From Mizuhopecten yessoensis (Eukaryota): DNA of 64,000 nt. The notes beneath the pieces were generated by a model. That model did no database searches, had not been told where the DNA came from, and worked only from the letters and a program-made list of their open reading frames with translations. The stretch's first letter is position 1, and each line of letters opens with the position of its first letter. The translations under genes were made by a program, and so were the position numbers. Of the stretch, positions 1 to 12,150 are shown in pieces. The DNA lies in assembly GCF_002113885.1 (NCBI RefSeq), contig NW_018403833.1, positions 124,001 to 188,000 of the forward strand, written 5' to 3'.

Positions 1-99
1 ATAAACCTTTTCTCACAATATGAGATTATTCTTACAATACAGACTGCACAGATTTATATACAAATATGTATACATAACGTTCTAAAATGCCAACAAATT

Positions 100-130
100 G
101 AAAGGAATATCAGAACACCGACTATCTCTA

Positions 131-169
<39 letters not shown>

Positions 170-295
170 ATCAGAACATCGATTCTCTCTCTCTCTCTCT
201 CTCTCTCTCTAGAAATATCAGAACATCGATTATCTCTATCCCCCTCTCTTTCTCTCCCTCTCTCTTCTTCTTCTTCTTCTCTCTCGCCCTTTCTC
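100..295. repeat. (CT)n microsatellite inside a ~45-60-bp unit (AATATCAGAACATCGATT), directly after the paralog 1 stop
   Basis: Three AATATCAGAACA heads, each followed by CT runs. Confidence 0.85.
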
Positions 296-300
296 AGTAT

Positions 301-3300
301 CTAAAGAGACATGTTTCTCAACGGCGTATCAACTTGGCTAGGTATGGACAGATTTTTCAGACTTTTTAAATCCGTTATTGCTCTGAACCCCACTGTTCTG
401 TACAATTTCACACAGTTCCTGTCAATCTGTTGTACACGACTGAATTGTATGGTGAACCTCCACAGAGAAGATGCAAGCTTGGCATTAGTCTTCTTAACGC
501 ACCAGTAACAGTCGTCCCGCACATTTTTGTGTAACGTTATCGATTTTACATGTTGAAGTATTTGTGTCGTAAATTTTAAGTTTAAAAAATTAAACATTAT
601 TTGAGTCTTCTGTATAGGATCGTTTGAGAAACTCTCATATTGAAGAGTTCTGATGTTTTGGGGGTATTGTTTATGTAACCGGCTGGCTAATATGATATCT
701 GACAGCATTTGGTTACAATGTAAAGATGCTTTGGATTCTATCGACGACCACCCTTTCTCATCAATCTTAAGTTCGGACAACAATTTCCCTCTCGGATCCC
801 GGAGTAAGTGTATAACTTTAAGTCCTGGCAGCCATTTTAATAACAACTCCACTGACGTCATCTCTAAGCGAATAGTCTTGATGATTAAAACTTTCCTGGT
901 TCTGCAAGGTTTTTGAAGAAGTGCCAAACAACCATTTATGGAGGTTGTACGTTGCTTAATTGTTGGAACCTTGGCCCTTTCAATTCCACTACTGACACAT
1001 CTATAGTAGTTTTCGTAAGCATTGGAGTAGGTCAGCATTATGCTCGTAAGATCTTGTACATTGATTTTCTGAAAATCACAGGTGAACCAGCGATAGAGCA
1101 TATCCGCCATTACAAAGTGGACGTCGGTTTTGTCATACAATCTGTAAATTGAAGGAATGTAGTTACAGACTGAAGTTTATCTTTTTTGCACTTCTTTTAA
1201 AATTGTTGTCAATGAAGTTCAAAGAATCGCTTGAAAATAACTAACTGAAAAAAGAGACGGTAACATTGAAAAAGCGATACCCACTAACCTTTTTGTTCCG
1301 TTGAGAAAGGTAACACTGCTTGCGTTCTTGACATCTTCTTCAATATATCTTAGTGGTTCAAATGCGTATGTACTGTTGTCATAGTGTTGTAATATGTCTC
1401 CAATAAGGGTGGATCCACTGCGCATGTACGTTACGACTAGGACATGGGTGGGATCTGTACCTAAAAATATACCACTTTAATACAAAGTATCAAACTACAT
1501 TTGTTACTATAGTAACAGATATACAAAGTATCAATATTCACCTGTTACTATAGCAACACATCATAATATACAAAGTATCAATCTACATCTGTTACTATAG
1601 TAACACATGTAGATTGATACTTTGTATATGTGTTACTATAGTAACAGATATACAAAGTATCAATCTATATCTGTTACTATAGCTATTAATTATAGGTACA
1701 CATGTACAAAGTATCGGTATACAATGTACATAGTAACATACGTACATTGTATTCCGATACTTTGTACATGTGTACCTATAATTAATAGCTATAGTGACAG
1801 ATGTAGATTGATACTATGTATATGTGTTACTATAGTAACAGATATACAAAGTATCAATATTCGCCTGTTCCTATAGCAACACATCATAATATACAAAGTA
1901 TCAAACTACATTTGTTACTATAGTAACAAATATACAAAGTATCAATATTCACCTGTTACTATAGCAACACATCATAATACACAAAGTATCAATCTACATA
2001 TGTTACTATAGTAACACATATACAAAGAATAATCTACATCTGTTACTGTAGTAACACATATACAAAGAATCAATCTACATCTGTTACGATAGTAACACAT
2101 ATACAAAGAATCAATCTACATCTGTTACGATAGTAACACATATACAAAGAATAATCTACATCTGTTACTGTAGTAACACATATACAAAGTATCAATCTAC
2201 ATCTGTTACTATAGCTATTAATTATAGATACACATGTACAAAGTATCGGTATACAATGTACGTATGTTACTATGTACACTTAGACATATACATGTAGATA
2301 TAAAACACGCTAATATACATCTGTTACATGTACCATAGCAACACATTATAAATATTAAAAAAACACCAGTATTCATCTGTTACTGTCGACTCCGTTACTA
2401 AACCAACATATTATAGATACAAAAGAAAAATCAATACGAATGTTTTACTATGCATTATAGATCTTAAGCGATTCAAAATATATATGTTACAATAACCGTT
2501 CATTATAAATATGTAAAAATATATGATAGATATATATGTATATAAGAACCAAGATATAACCTGTCTATAGAGACCATGTGTCTTTAAAGATAGGGTTTGG
2601 TCGTTCCCTTTGATCGTCTCTTTAGACAAGTGTACTTGAATACAAATTGAAGCTGAAAAAAACGTTACGAATAAGAATAACATACCTTCATTAGTTTGAT
2701 TTTGTGGCCTTGGTAGACTTGACAAATTCAAATTACCTGAAATGAGACAATCACATTTTAGTTACCAGTCCCCAGTAGCTAATTAAAGAATCATTTGCAA
2801 AGTCAATTATCCTTTATAAATTTAGGATATATTGTAATGAAGTTTCAAACTCAAATAACTGCTCATGAAAATTTGTTCGAAATATCTTTTCTCTGTGTTG
2901 TTTTCCTTTTATGACTCTGAAATCTCAATGAATTCTGATAAACTAAAAACAAATGTTATCATTAAGACACATTATTAACGAGTTCACTGATGTAAATCAG
3001 TTTCCTTTGTCAACATGTCTATTTTTTCTTCATGAGGGTTATCATAAATGTATACCGGATATTCTACGCGGTCACGTTAGTGAAGACCAACATTAAATGT
3101 CCAAAATCAATATCTAAGTGTTGTGAGGGGGACGCTAATTAACATCAACACTGCAATTAAAACATGCATTAGAACACATCTTTAACCACTGGGTTTTCAT
3201 CAGGTACTCCGGTTTCCTCCCACACAAAGACCCGCGCGCGCTAACATCCGGGCCAACAAGAGTGATTTATATAAGTTGAATACCTTGTTTCATAATTGTT

Positions 3301-4405
3301 GTAAAATATATAAAGTTTATATTTGACTACTGAAATTATCATCGTCATTGTGGCTCACCTGTCCACAGTTTATTTGTAATAAGTTGGGTGGAATTTGTAT
3401 TGTGATGCTAATTGATTAAAACACTAAACAAGCCTGATCTTAATGTACAATAAAAGAATGCACCTCGTTCATTTTGCCACCTCGCTTGCCGCCAACATAT
3501 TTCAAGGTTCTTATTAGTTGTTTCTCTGGAGAATTCATGTTTACGTTTCTCTCAATTTTCTCGCCAAACCCCTTATAACGCCAGATGTTGCCAGTATAAA
3601 GAGAGTTGTTATATTGATAAAGGTACATTGTATTTTAATAAATACCTAAATAGGTTGAGTGGACAATATGTTTAATACAGTCTTTTTTAAAACTAAACAT
3701 GCTTGCTATACATGTATGAATAAATAAGGTATACATATCAAACCCCGTTTTACTGCCAGCTTTTGTTAAATGATATATTGGCAGTATAAAGAGATTTCGC
3801 GGTACATAAAGAGAGGTGTGTCCAGTTTACATGTTCACAGTGTGTATGTTGAGTAAAAACTAAAAAGGGGACCTTGAGATATGTTGCTCTTAAACAAAGT
3901 AGAAAATTATACGAATGTCAATTTAGCGATGGTTGCTGTAGGTACAAGGGGACAAAGGTGGGGAACTCCGTTTATTAGTTCTCTGGGCTATTTATAAATT
4001 CTGTCGGATTTTGCTTGTAATTGTGGGAGAATGTTGTGATGCCCGATTGCAAGTTTGACACAATTGTTGTTCTATTTTCGTGAAAATGTCCTCAAAGTTA
4101 ATCAGTACTCTTGTAATAATCTAAAATGTTAATTTTGACATGCTAAAAATAGCACACACGCCAAGTAGCACACACTACAATGCGTGTATCCATACCACGA
4201 GAAGAAATTTAATATAGTTAATATAGGACTAAAAGACATTATAAATGTTTTAAAAACATCACTTACCTTTTATTTCGAATCTTGGCACAAAATCTGGCCA
4301 AAGATAGTACACATTCCCGAAGGATTGGAGAGTCACGGTTATGTATACTAGCACTGTTAAGCTCAGAAATAGAAACCAACATCTACTAAGATTAAAAGCA
4401 GCCAT
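301..4405 (-). CDS. Carbohydrate sulfotransferase paralog 1 (CHST1/3/4/5-like Golgi type II membrane sulfotransferase), ~400 aa, intact
   Basis: Exons 4405-4267 (MAAFNLSRCWFLFLSLTVLVYITV, signal anchor), 2736-2686 (51-nt phase 1-1 stem exon), 1460-1289 (VLVVTYMRSGST 5'-PSB motif, YAFEPL) and 1141-301 (IKTIRL, VIHLLRDPRG 3'-PB motif, QYE, WR). All introns are GT-AG and the exons join in frame to 1203 nt. Confidence 0.9.
1477..2345. repeat. ~38-bp minisatellite with internal inversions in paralog 1 intron 2
   Basis: Unit ATATACAAAGTATCAATCTACATCTGTTACTATAGTAACAC contains the palindrome GTTACTATAGTAAC. Some units are reversed. Confidence 0.9.
3190..3320 (+). mobile_element. 5'-truncated SINE fragment with V-domain-like core
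   Basis: GGGTTTTCATCAGGTACTCCGGTTTCCTCCCACACAAAGAC matches the conserved GGT(A/G)CTCCGGTTTCCTCCCAC core of V-SINEs, followed by an A/T-rich tail. Confidence 0.55.
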
Positions 4406-5788
4406 CTTGTACTTTCAACTTTTGAAAGAATACCGTGTTATTCATTAAAAAACCCATTCTTGTCTATAATTAGATAGCGACGATGACCAAGTCAGGCGCT
4501 CACAACGTTAACAGAGATAGCCCAATTAAAATACACGAAGCGCCAGTCAATACATTTTTCTCTCAATAGATGTATACAAAGGAATGGTACCTTAGTGGAA
4601 CTGGCGCTATGGGGTATACATTGTAAGTATTGTCTCGTAAGTCAGTATGGCTGGGCATATTTTTGCATATGTGAATTTTTATTATGTAAGTGATGTGTTA
4701 TGTAAAATATGTGTGACACTTAAATAAAATATACTTTATTATTATTATTATTATATTAGTTACAAGTATTTACAGACATGGTCATCATTTTTTGTTTCTG
4801 CTCAGGTAAAGGGCATGGTATTTCTCCTAATACACTGCAAACACAGTCCAAAGTATTTCGTTCGATGTTCACACTATTGTTTAGAGAAACATATGCATCA
4901 CGAATATCGAAAATATTATTCGTGTTATATTTGATTTTTGTAATCAAATAATATTTCTAGTACCATTTCTGTGAAGTTTCAAAGTATTAGCTATTTAAAG
5001 CAGTTTTATTAAACGATCTCATATGAAATATATAATTGTTTTACAAAGATGTTATAATTTATACAAGCGGTGGTTTTTACTGATCCAATTGTCTCAATCA
5101 AGGTCCACGCCCATTTGATCAGTTTAAACGCCGGTATTGTATACTTAACTAGGTACTGTTAGATCAATGTAACAGAGTTGACATATAGTTTGTCTTGTAT
5201 AGACCTATCTAGTGTCTTAATAAATATCTGACTATTAGGAATGTCATTGAAGAGGTGTTAATCCCAAAGATAAATTTGTTTATGGATTGAGTCAAGCATA
5301 CATAAACATTATTAACGAGACGACATAAGCCTAGGTATTCACGTGATATTTCCTAAAAGTCATCGATAGAGTATCGGAGTAGCAATACTATCTGACCAAA
5401 TACTTAAAGACATCGGACCGGATATCAATATTTGATTTCAAACCCTGCCGTCAGCCATCTCAAACTCTGGATTAACCCCCTGTGATGTTGAATTCTTTAA
5501 AGAAAACCTGAATTATTAAAATTTATTATTATAATACTATTTCACATGATGTAGTGAGACCTGTTGAAATCTGAACGCCTCATGAATCAATATTTCCATT
5601 CGGATTTGACCATTTTTCTGATCACAACGTTTGAGTAGTGACACTGTTCACGAGATACATGTCACAGTTTATTCGTTTTACTTAGAAACTAACCGATACA
5701 ACTATGATGTTTGTATTTCATATAAATAAGGGGTTCTGTTTAACAGTAGTTAAGATCTATTCAGATTGCCAACTTTTCGGCCCCTATA

Positions 5789-5832
5789 GCGTCACTGATA
5801 AGTCCTAGAAGGACGAAACACCTGTATGATGC
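5789..5832 (+). ncRNA. Minimal type I hammerhead ribozyme motif, probably a decayed Penelope-like or retrozyme relic
   Basis: GCGTCA-CTGATAA-GTCCT-AGA-AGGAC-GAA-AC-ACCT-GT-A-TGATGC. Stem I is GCGTCA/TGATGC, stem II is 5 bp, stem III is 2 bp, and the cleavage triplet is GUA. The core differs from CUGANGA at G8. Confidence 0.6.
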
Positions 5833-6885
5833 AGTGTGATTAAATTTTGGCTCACTTTATCAATTACCTTTAAAAGTGCATCACATGTCCCAATTTTAAT
5901 ACATGCCAACTTTGTTGAATGCTTGTTCAGTTAAATTTCCATAGTGCCGGGGCTGAGGCATTTTTATTAAAAAATGCGGTATGGTGTGGTTATACGGCCA
6001 TGGATTATTTCCATTGACATATCAAGTGAATGTCACATTTAAGCTTAATTTAGAATATTGTTCAGAAACGAATATTTACACATAAACAATATATCAGTAG
6101 TCATAGACAGACACGAAACAACATTGATAAGAATTTTCTGTTTGATCTACGATAGTTGAACCTGTCCCAGGTATTCACCAACACCGGGTTTCGCTATGTA
6201 CTCTAGTGTCCCTGGTTTTTGACTCAATCGTGTAGCGAGTTCTATCGTGAACACGTACCTCGATTGTTAACGAGCACGATTATCTATACAAGTTTATATC
6301 AGTGGAAGATATATCAATGTCATACTCGAACATATTAAACATAATGAAATCACGATCACGTACGCCTTTAAGCAAATACACTAGTTGTTTAGTAATTAAA
6401 TGAGTTTGTTTCCCTTTTCTTCAATAACTTCAAATAATGTGTGCCAAAATGTTTGCTTGATTGAACAACTTTCTATGGGATCAATTGACTTAAAATACAC
6501 CAGACAAAAATAGATTTGAGTATTTTTAGCGCCTGGTGTTTATAAACGACTCCATTAAGAAAATTCGGTATTTTTCCAAAGAACTTGTTTTAACATTTAT
6601 CATGACATATCAACAATCATTGAAAAATGGGATTAAAAATGCTTCATAAACATATAATAGAAAATGTAATAACTAAGGTTTCTTTATGAAATATTCTATT
6701 TATAGATCAATGCTGTGACCCTAAATCATGTTTTGTTTAAATTGTACACATGGAGATTTGCATAAATTTCCACAGTCCTGTCTATATACTAAATTTCATA
6801 CCACCAATGTTACTGAGCTGAGCGTCAATCACGTCTGAAATCGACACTACACAACTTTCTTACTTCTAGTCGATACGCCTGAATA

Positions 6886-9774
6886 ATGGCAGGCCGTCTG
6901 GTTCGTAATTTTACTCTGATAATATCAGTAGGATCTTGTGGCATCCTCGGGTTGTTGTATTTTACGCACGTGTTCAGTAGAAACACAAATGAAGGTAAGA
7001 ATTTTACTTATTTGAAATTGTCATCTTAAAACAGAGTTATGTGATATCGTTTTTCTGGTAACTTACGTCCAGTTAGTTTTTTCGTTTTAGTTGTAGTTTC
7101 TGTCTACTAGTCTGAAATCATGTATTTCGGCTAAATTCGAGGATTCCTTCTTTAAAACAACAGTTCGTTTGGCATACTTGTAAACATTTCTTGATCAGGA
7201 GTAGCCCCAAAAATGAATGAAAAATTAACCTGACATGAAAATTTATTATTCAACATATCATATTTTACACTGTATAATAAGCATTTTAAACTTACCAGTT
7301 AAATTTTATTGAGATTTGCACACACAATAAAATTGCGTAGATAATTGAAAACAAAGTTCATTATTTTCTGGAACATAATTCGAAAGAAATGGCATATTTC
7401 TAATTTGTATATTGATAGCTATTACATTGAATGATCAAAAGAAATATGAAATACGAAAAGGCCTATTTGAGAATAAAGTTTGGAAATGTAGAAAGCCAAA
7501 GAATATTACCATATGACCATTTCGTCTATTTAAGACTCTTCAGTGGCCATTATCGATACTCCAGGGGTTACGCTCTCTTCTCTACACCCCTGGAATATGT
7601 CATAGCAAAATTGAAGGCTCAATGTGCAGCACCTTGTGGACGAGACGAGAAGACTAGTTAGATCCTTGGATGAACATCAAAACAATCCCGCGGCCGTGTA
7701 ACGGTTAAAAATGGCTGCCTTTGAAGTCGGGTGTCGCTCCTCTGTAATATTTAAAGGACAGGTATCAGCCTAGCGATTGGTCATTTTTTTCACCCGAGAC
7801 CAATCAAATAGCTAATTTTGCGCCTTCGATTTTGCCATGACATATTCCAGTGATGCAGAGAGCAAAAGTGGGCGTAACCTCTAGAGTATCGAGGATGATC
7901 AGTGGTATGAAAGTTCATGTCGAAATTTCCCGAAATATAGGAAGAAATACAAGAAAAATGAAAGGTGCTAATGAAAATGACATCTTTTAGGAGGTTACAA
8001 TTTGTCAACGTATGGGGAAAAAAAAGGGATAATTTCGACGAAAACGTTATGATAGCAGCCACATGCGGCGCATGAAACGGATACATTTCTGGAATAGATT
8101 GTTAGAATCTCAGGTTTTATCGCTCACAGTGACGTCTTTCCCTTTGGTTTGATTGATATTATTGTCGTTCCAATCGGACCTTTTGTGCGGTCCCTGTATG
8201 TTGATACTGTGTTTTATCAAATTTATACTACCTATGTGGGCTTGTCAAGTGTTGTGATTTCTATTTCAGCCATGTGTTTTAACGAATCGCCACAGTCCGT
8301 GCGTGCACGTAATCTGTTCCAGCCTCACAGAAAGGTATCGCACGTGCTAATTGTCACCCATCCCCGCAGCGGTTCAACCTTAACTGGCGACATTATTCAG
8401 AAGTCCGGAAGCAGCTTCTATGCGTTTGAACCACTCCGATTCGCAGGAGAGTCGATACAACTTGGACAACCCGTCATCTATCTCAACGGCACACAGCGGT
8501 ACGTCTTTTAGGATTTATCATCCTGTAATTTACTTGTATATCAGTCAGGAAGACGATCACGAACTCCACTTTCTGCCATAACCTGCGTATGTTATAGCGT
8601 TTCCATTGTTTATTGATACGCATAACATACATTGCATACGAAGCATTGCTATTATGAGTCCCCGTCCCACTGCAAGCAAAATAATAGAGAGTTCAGCTGA
8701 GGGGTTTCGTTTCCACAGTAACCGCCCTTTTATTTAATGGGAGATACTGTAATTGGTGCCAAATGTGATGCAGAAATCGCATTATTCACGAACTCCTACC
8801 TTTTGTTTTGTTTTGACATTAAATTGCGATTGTGTCTCTATAATAAATAACTTTTATTTAAATCTTCAATTTCAAACGGGTATTACAGTTTCAGACGGTA
8901 TAACCTTGTATGTTTTTCTCTATTTTTCTTTCTTTCTTTTTTTTTTTATCTTTCTAGTGTGTACAACAATTCGAGAGATGCAGTGTGGGTTGAAGCGGAC
9001 ATATTGTACAGGTGGTTCACTTGTGACTTTTGTCGGGTCAACATCCAAGATCTAAAAAGCAAATTCATTGAGTCCTTTTCGACCAATCTACGAGAATATG
9101 CCGTTTGTCTGAACCGCTATCGTTTCAATCCTTTGCCCCGCTGTTTATCTCAATTACGTAAAACGTGTGAACAGGCAACAGTCCGATCTATCAAAACAGT
9201 ACGCCTGCAAAATTTGGAATCCATACCGATTCTGTTGCGGCGATTGCCAAGCCTGAAGGTCATATATTTGGTGAGAGATCCTAGAGGAAGACTTGCGTCT
9301 CAGGCAGCCTTAGATCCAACGGAATGGAACATCGTGGAAGATCAAGCGGAGACGATGTGTACACAAATGTACCAAGAATTCAGATACATTGCTAAAATAT
9401 GGAAACATCTTGCTGGACGACTGAAAATTCTGATGTATGAAAAATTTGCAAAGGATCCAATAGACGTGTCAAAAAGACTGTTTGAGTTTTTAGATATTGA
9501 TTTTACTGAATATTTGCAATTTTTTGTCAAAACCGTCACCCACGTTGACTTGGATAAGACGGGATGTTATTGGTGTACGAAAAGAACAAACTCACGGGAG
9601 ACAGCCACCAGGTGGCGTAGGGGAATTGAATATAGCCATGTTAAGAAAATAGATGATCAGTGCAGCGATGTGTACAATGAACTAGGCTACATGAAAATTA
9701 GAAATGAACATCACCTACGAAATATGTCCTTATCTATAATAGGGAAGAGCAACCATCCATATCTATACGTATGA
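6886..9774 (+). CDS. Carbohydrate sulfotransferase paralog 2, ~384 aa, intact
   Basis: Exons 6886-6994 (MAGRLVRNFTLIISVGSCGILGLLYF, TM), 8270-8498 (VLIVTHPRSGST, YAFEPL) and 8958-9774 (VIYLVRDPRG, CYWCTKRTNS). GT-AG introns, phases 1 and 2, 1155 nt in frame. Confidence 0.9.
7541..7904. mobile_element. MITE-like element with ~85-bp imperfect terminal inverted repeats in intron 1 of paralog 2
   Basis: TCGATACTCCAGGGGTTACGC...CTGGAATATGTCATAGCAAAATTGAAGGC at the left is mirrored by GCCTTCGATTTTGCCATGACATATTCCAG...GCGTAACCTCTAGAGTATCGA at the right. This explains the RYSRGYA peptide seen in ORFs on both strands. Confidence 0.7.
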
Positions 9775-10090
9775 ACAATATTGTAGATCTTCATTACTAC
9801 ATATTTATTAAATAAATTGTATCATATTAAAATACTATTTTTTATTGTGATGTATTAATCTTTATTACATTTTTACCAGTTAAATATCAGGAATCATCAA
9901 TTTGATAAAAACTTATATCTTAGCTTCAAGATATACGAAATGTTATTTCTTATATCAAGGCGTTTAAGAGTGGCTTATGTTAGCTAGATGGGGCGCTCTA
10001 TCAAATGTTGTGTATTATTAGTATTATTATTATTATTTTAACATGTAAAGATATCAGTTTTAGTATTCAGTATCAGAATTGTACTTTTTA

Positions 10091-10220
10091 TTCACTCGTA
10101 CGGCATATTATACTGATATTTTCATTCGCGCCTCGCGCTCGTGAAAAATATCGATATTCTGCTATACTCGTGAAATATATATATAGTATTCAATTAAAAG
10201 CCATGAAATATTCCCTATTT
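10091..10220. mobile_element. Isolated terminal hairpin fragment of a fourth family (D)
   Basis: TTCACTCGTA...GATATTTTCATTCGCGC-CTC-GCGCTCGTGAAAAATATC...TACTCGTGAA folds back with two TC/TC mismatches. Confidence 0.55.
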
Positions 10221-10705
10221 ACTGTAGGGGGTATTTTACGTGTGTAACCTCTTTGATCAAGTGACAAGATAGAGGATTCGACATTACTCAGGGAATATAA
10301 ACTATGGTCGCGTCAGCAAAATAATATGATGATATCTTCTGTTGTTGATGTATCCACGTTACTTGCTGTTTACTTTTGGTGTCTGTGCTAAAGATTCATT
10401 TATTTATTTCTTGTTTTGCATTTTATTTATTTATTTATTTATTCAATTTATATTTTACCGCAGTAGAAGTACATTGTAATGTCTCAAATTACAAGAGCAG
10501 GATATTAAGAACACTTTTCATCTGGCAAAGATTTGATTTGATACAATTTACAATAGTGTTTACTTTGTATTAAATAGTTTGCCCATTTACTTAAATAATT
10601 ATACTTATAAATTTTCAACATTACGGGATTGTTACACTTAACCATCACATCTTTTAGGTTGAACATTCACTTACATGTTATTAAAGGAAGAATAAGGATT
10701 TATTC

Positions 10706-12150
10706 CACACTCCCACCCACACTCACTCTCTCTCCCACTCACTCACTTACTCACTCTCTCTCCCACACTCCCACCCACATTCTCTCCCACACTCTATTTC
10801 CCACACACACTCACTCTCTCGCACTCACTGTCTCCCACTTACTCACTCTCTCTCCCACCCACACTCTCTCTCCCACACTCTCTCTCCAACACACACTCAC
10901 TCTCTCCCACTCACTGTCTCCCACTTACTCACTCTCTCTCCCACCCATACTCTCTCCTTCACTCACTCTCTCCCACACTCACTCTCTTCCACTCACTTAC
11001 TCACTCACTTACTCACTCTCTCTCTCTCCCACACTCTCTCCCACACTCTCTCTCCAACACTCTCTCTCCCACCCACACTCACTCTCTCTCCCACTCACTC
11101 ACTCTCTCTCCCATCCACACTCACTCTCTCTCCCTCAATTACTCACTCACTCTCTCCTACACTCACTCTCTCTCCCACATACTCACTCTCTCCCACACTC
11201 ACTCACTCTCTCCCATCAACACTCTCACTCACTCTCCCACTCACTCTCTCCCCCACACTCTCCTACAATCACTCTCTCCCACACACACTCACTGTCTCTC
11301 CCACACTCACTCTCTCCCACTCTCTTACTCACTCTCTCTCCCACACTCCCACCCACACTCACTCTCTCTCCCACATTCACTCTCTCCCACTCACTCTCTC
11401 CCACACACTCACTCCCCAACCCACACTTACTCCCACTCCCACCCTCCCACCCACACTCACTCTCTCTCCCACTCACTCACTCTCTCTCCCATCCACACTC
11501 ACTCTCTCTCCCTCAATTACTCACTCACTCTCTCCCACACTCACTCTCTTCCACTCACTTACTCACTCTCTCCCACACTCACTCACTCTCTCCCATCAAC
11601 ACTCTCACTCACTCTCCCACTCACTCTCTCCCCCACACTCTCCTACAATCACTCTCTCCCACACACGCTCACTGTCTCTCCCACACTCACTCTCTCCCAC
11701 TCTCTTACTCACTCTCTCTCCCGCACTCCCACCCACACTCACTCTCTCTCCCACATTCACTCTCTCCCACTCACTCTCTCCCACACACTCTCCAACCCAC
11801 ACTTACTCCCACTCCCACACTCCCACCCACACTCACTCTCTCTCCCACATTCACTCTCTCCCACTCGCTCTCTCCCACACACTCACTCTCACACTCTCTC
11901 CCAAACACTCTCACTCACTCTCTCTCCTTCACTCTCTCTCTCCCACTCACTTACTAACTTTCCCACACTCAGTCTCTCCCACACTCCCACCCACACTCTC
12001 TCTCTACCACCTACACTCCCACACTCCCACCCACTCTCCCACACTCTCTCTCTACCACCTACACTCCCACACTCCCACCCACCCTTATCAATTCACTCTC
12101 TCCCACCCACACTCACTCACTCTCTCCCCCACCAACACTCACTCTCTTCC
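10706..12150. repeat. C/T/A-rich low-complexity cryptic microsatellite (CTCTCTCCCACACTCA)n
   Basis: ~1.45 kb almost devoid of G, with internal higher-order duplication. Confidence 0.95.

Noticed and set aside
10629-11957. 442-aa Ser/Leu/His/Thr/Pro ORF
   Set aside because: Translation of a G-free microsatellite that can rarely form stop codons. No splice or domain evidence.
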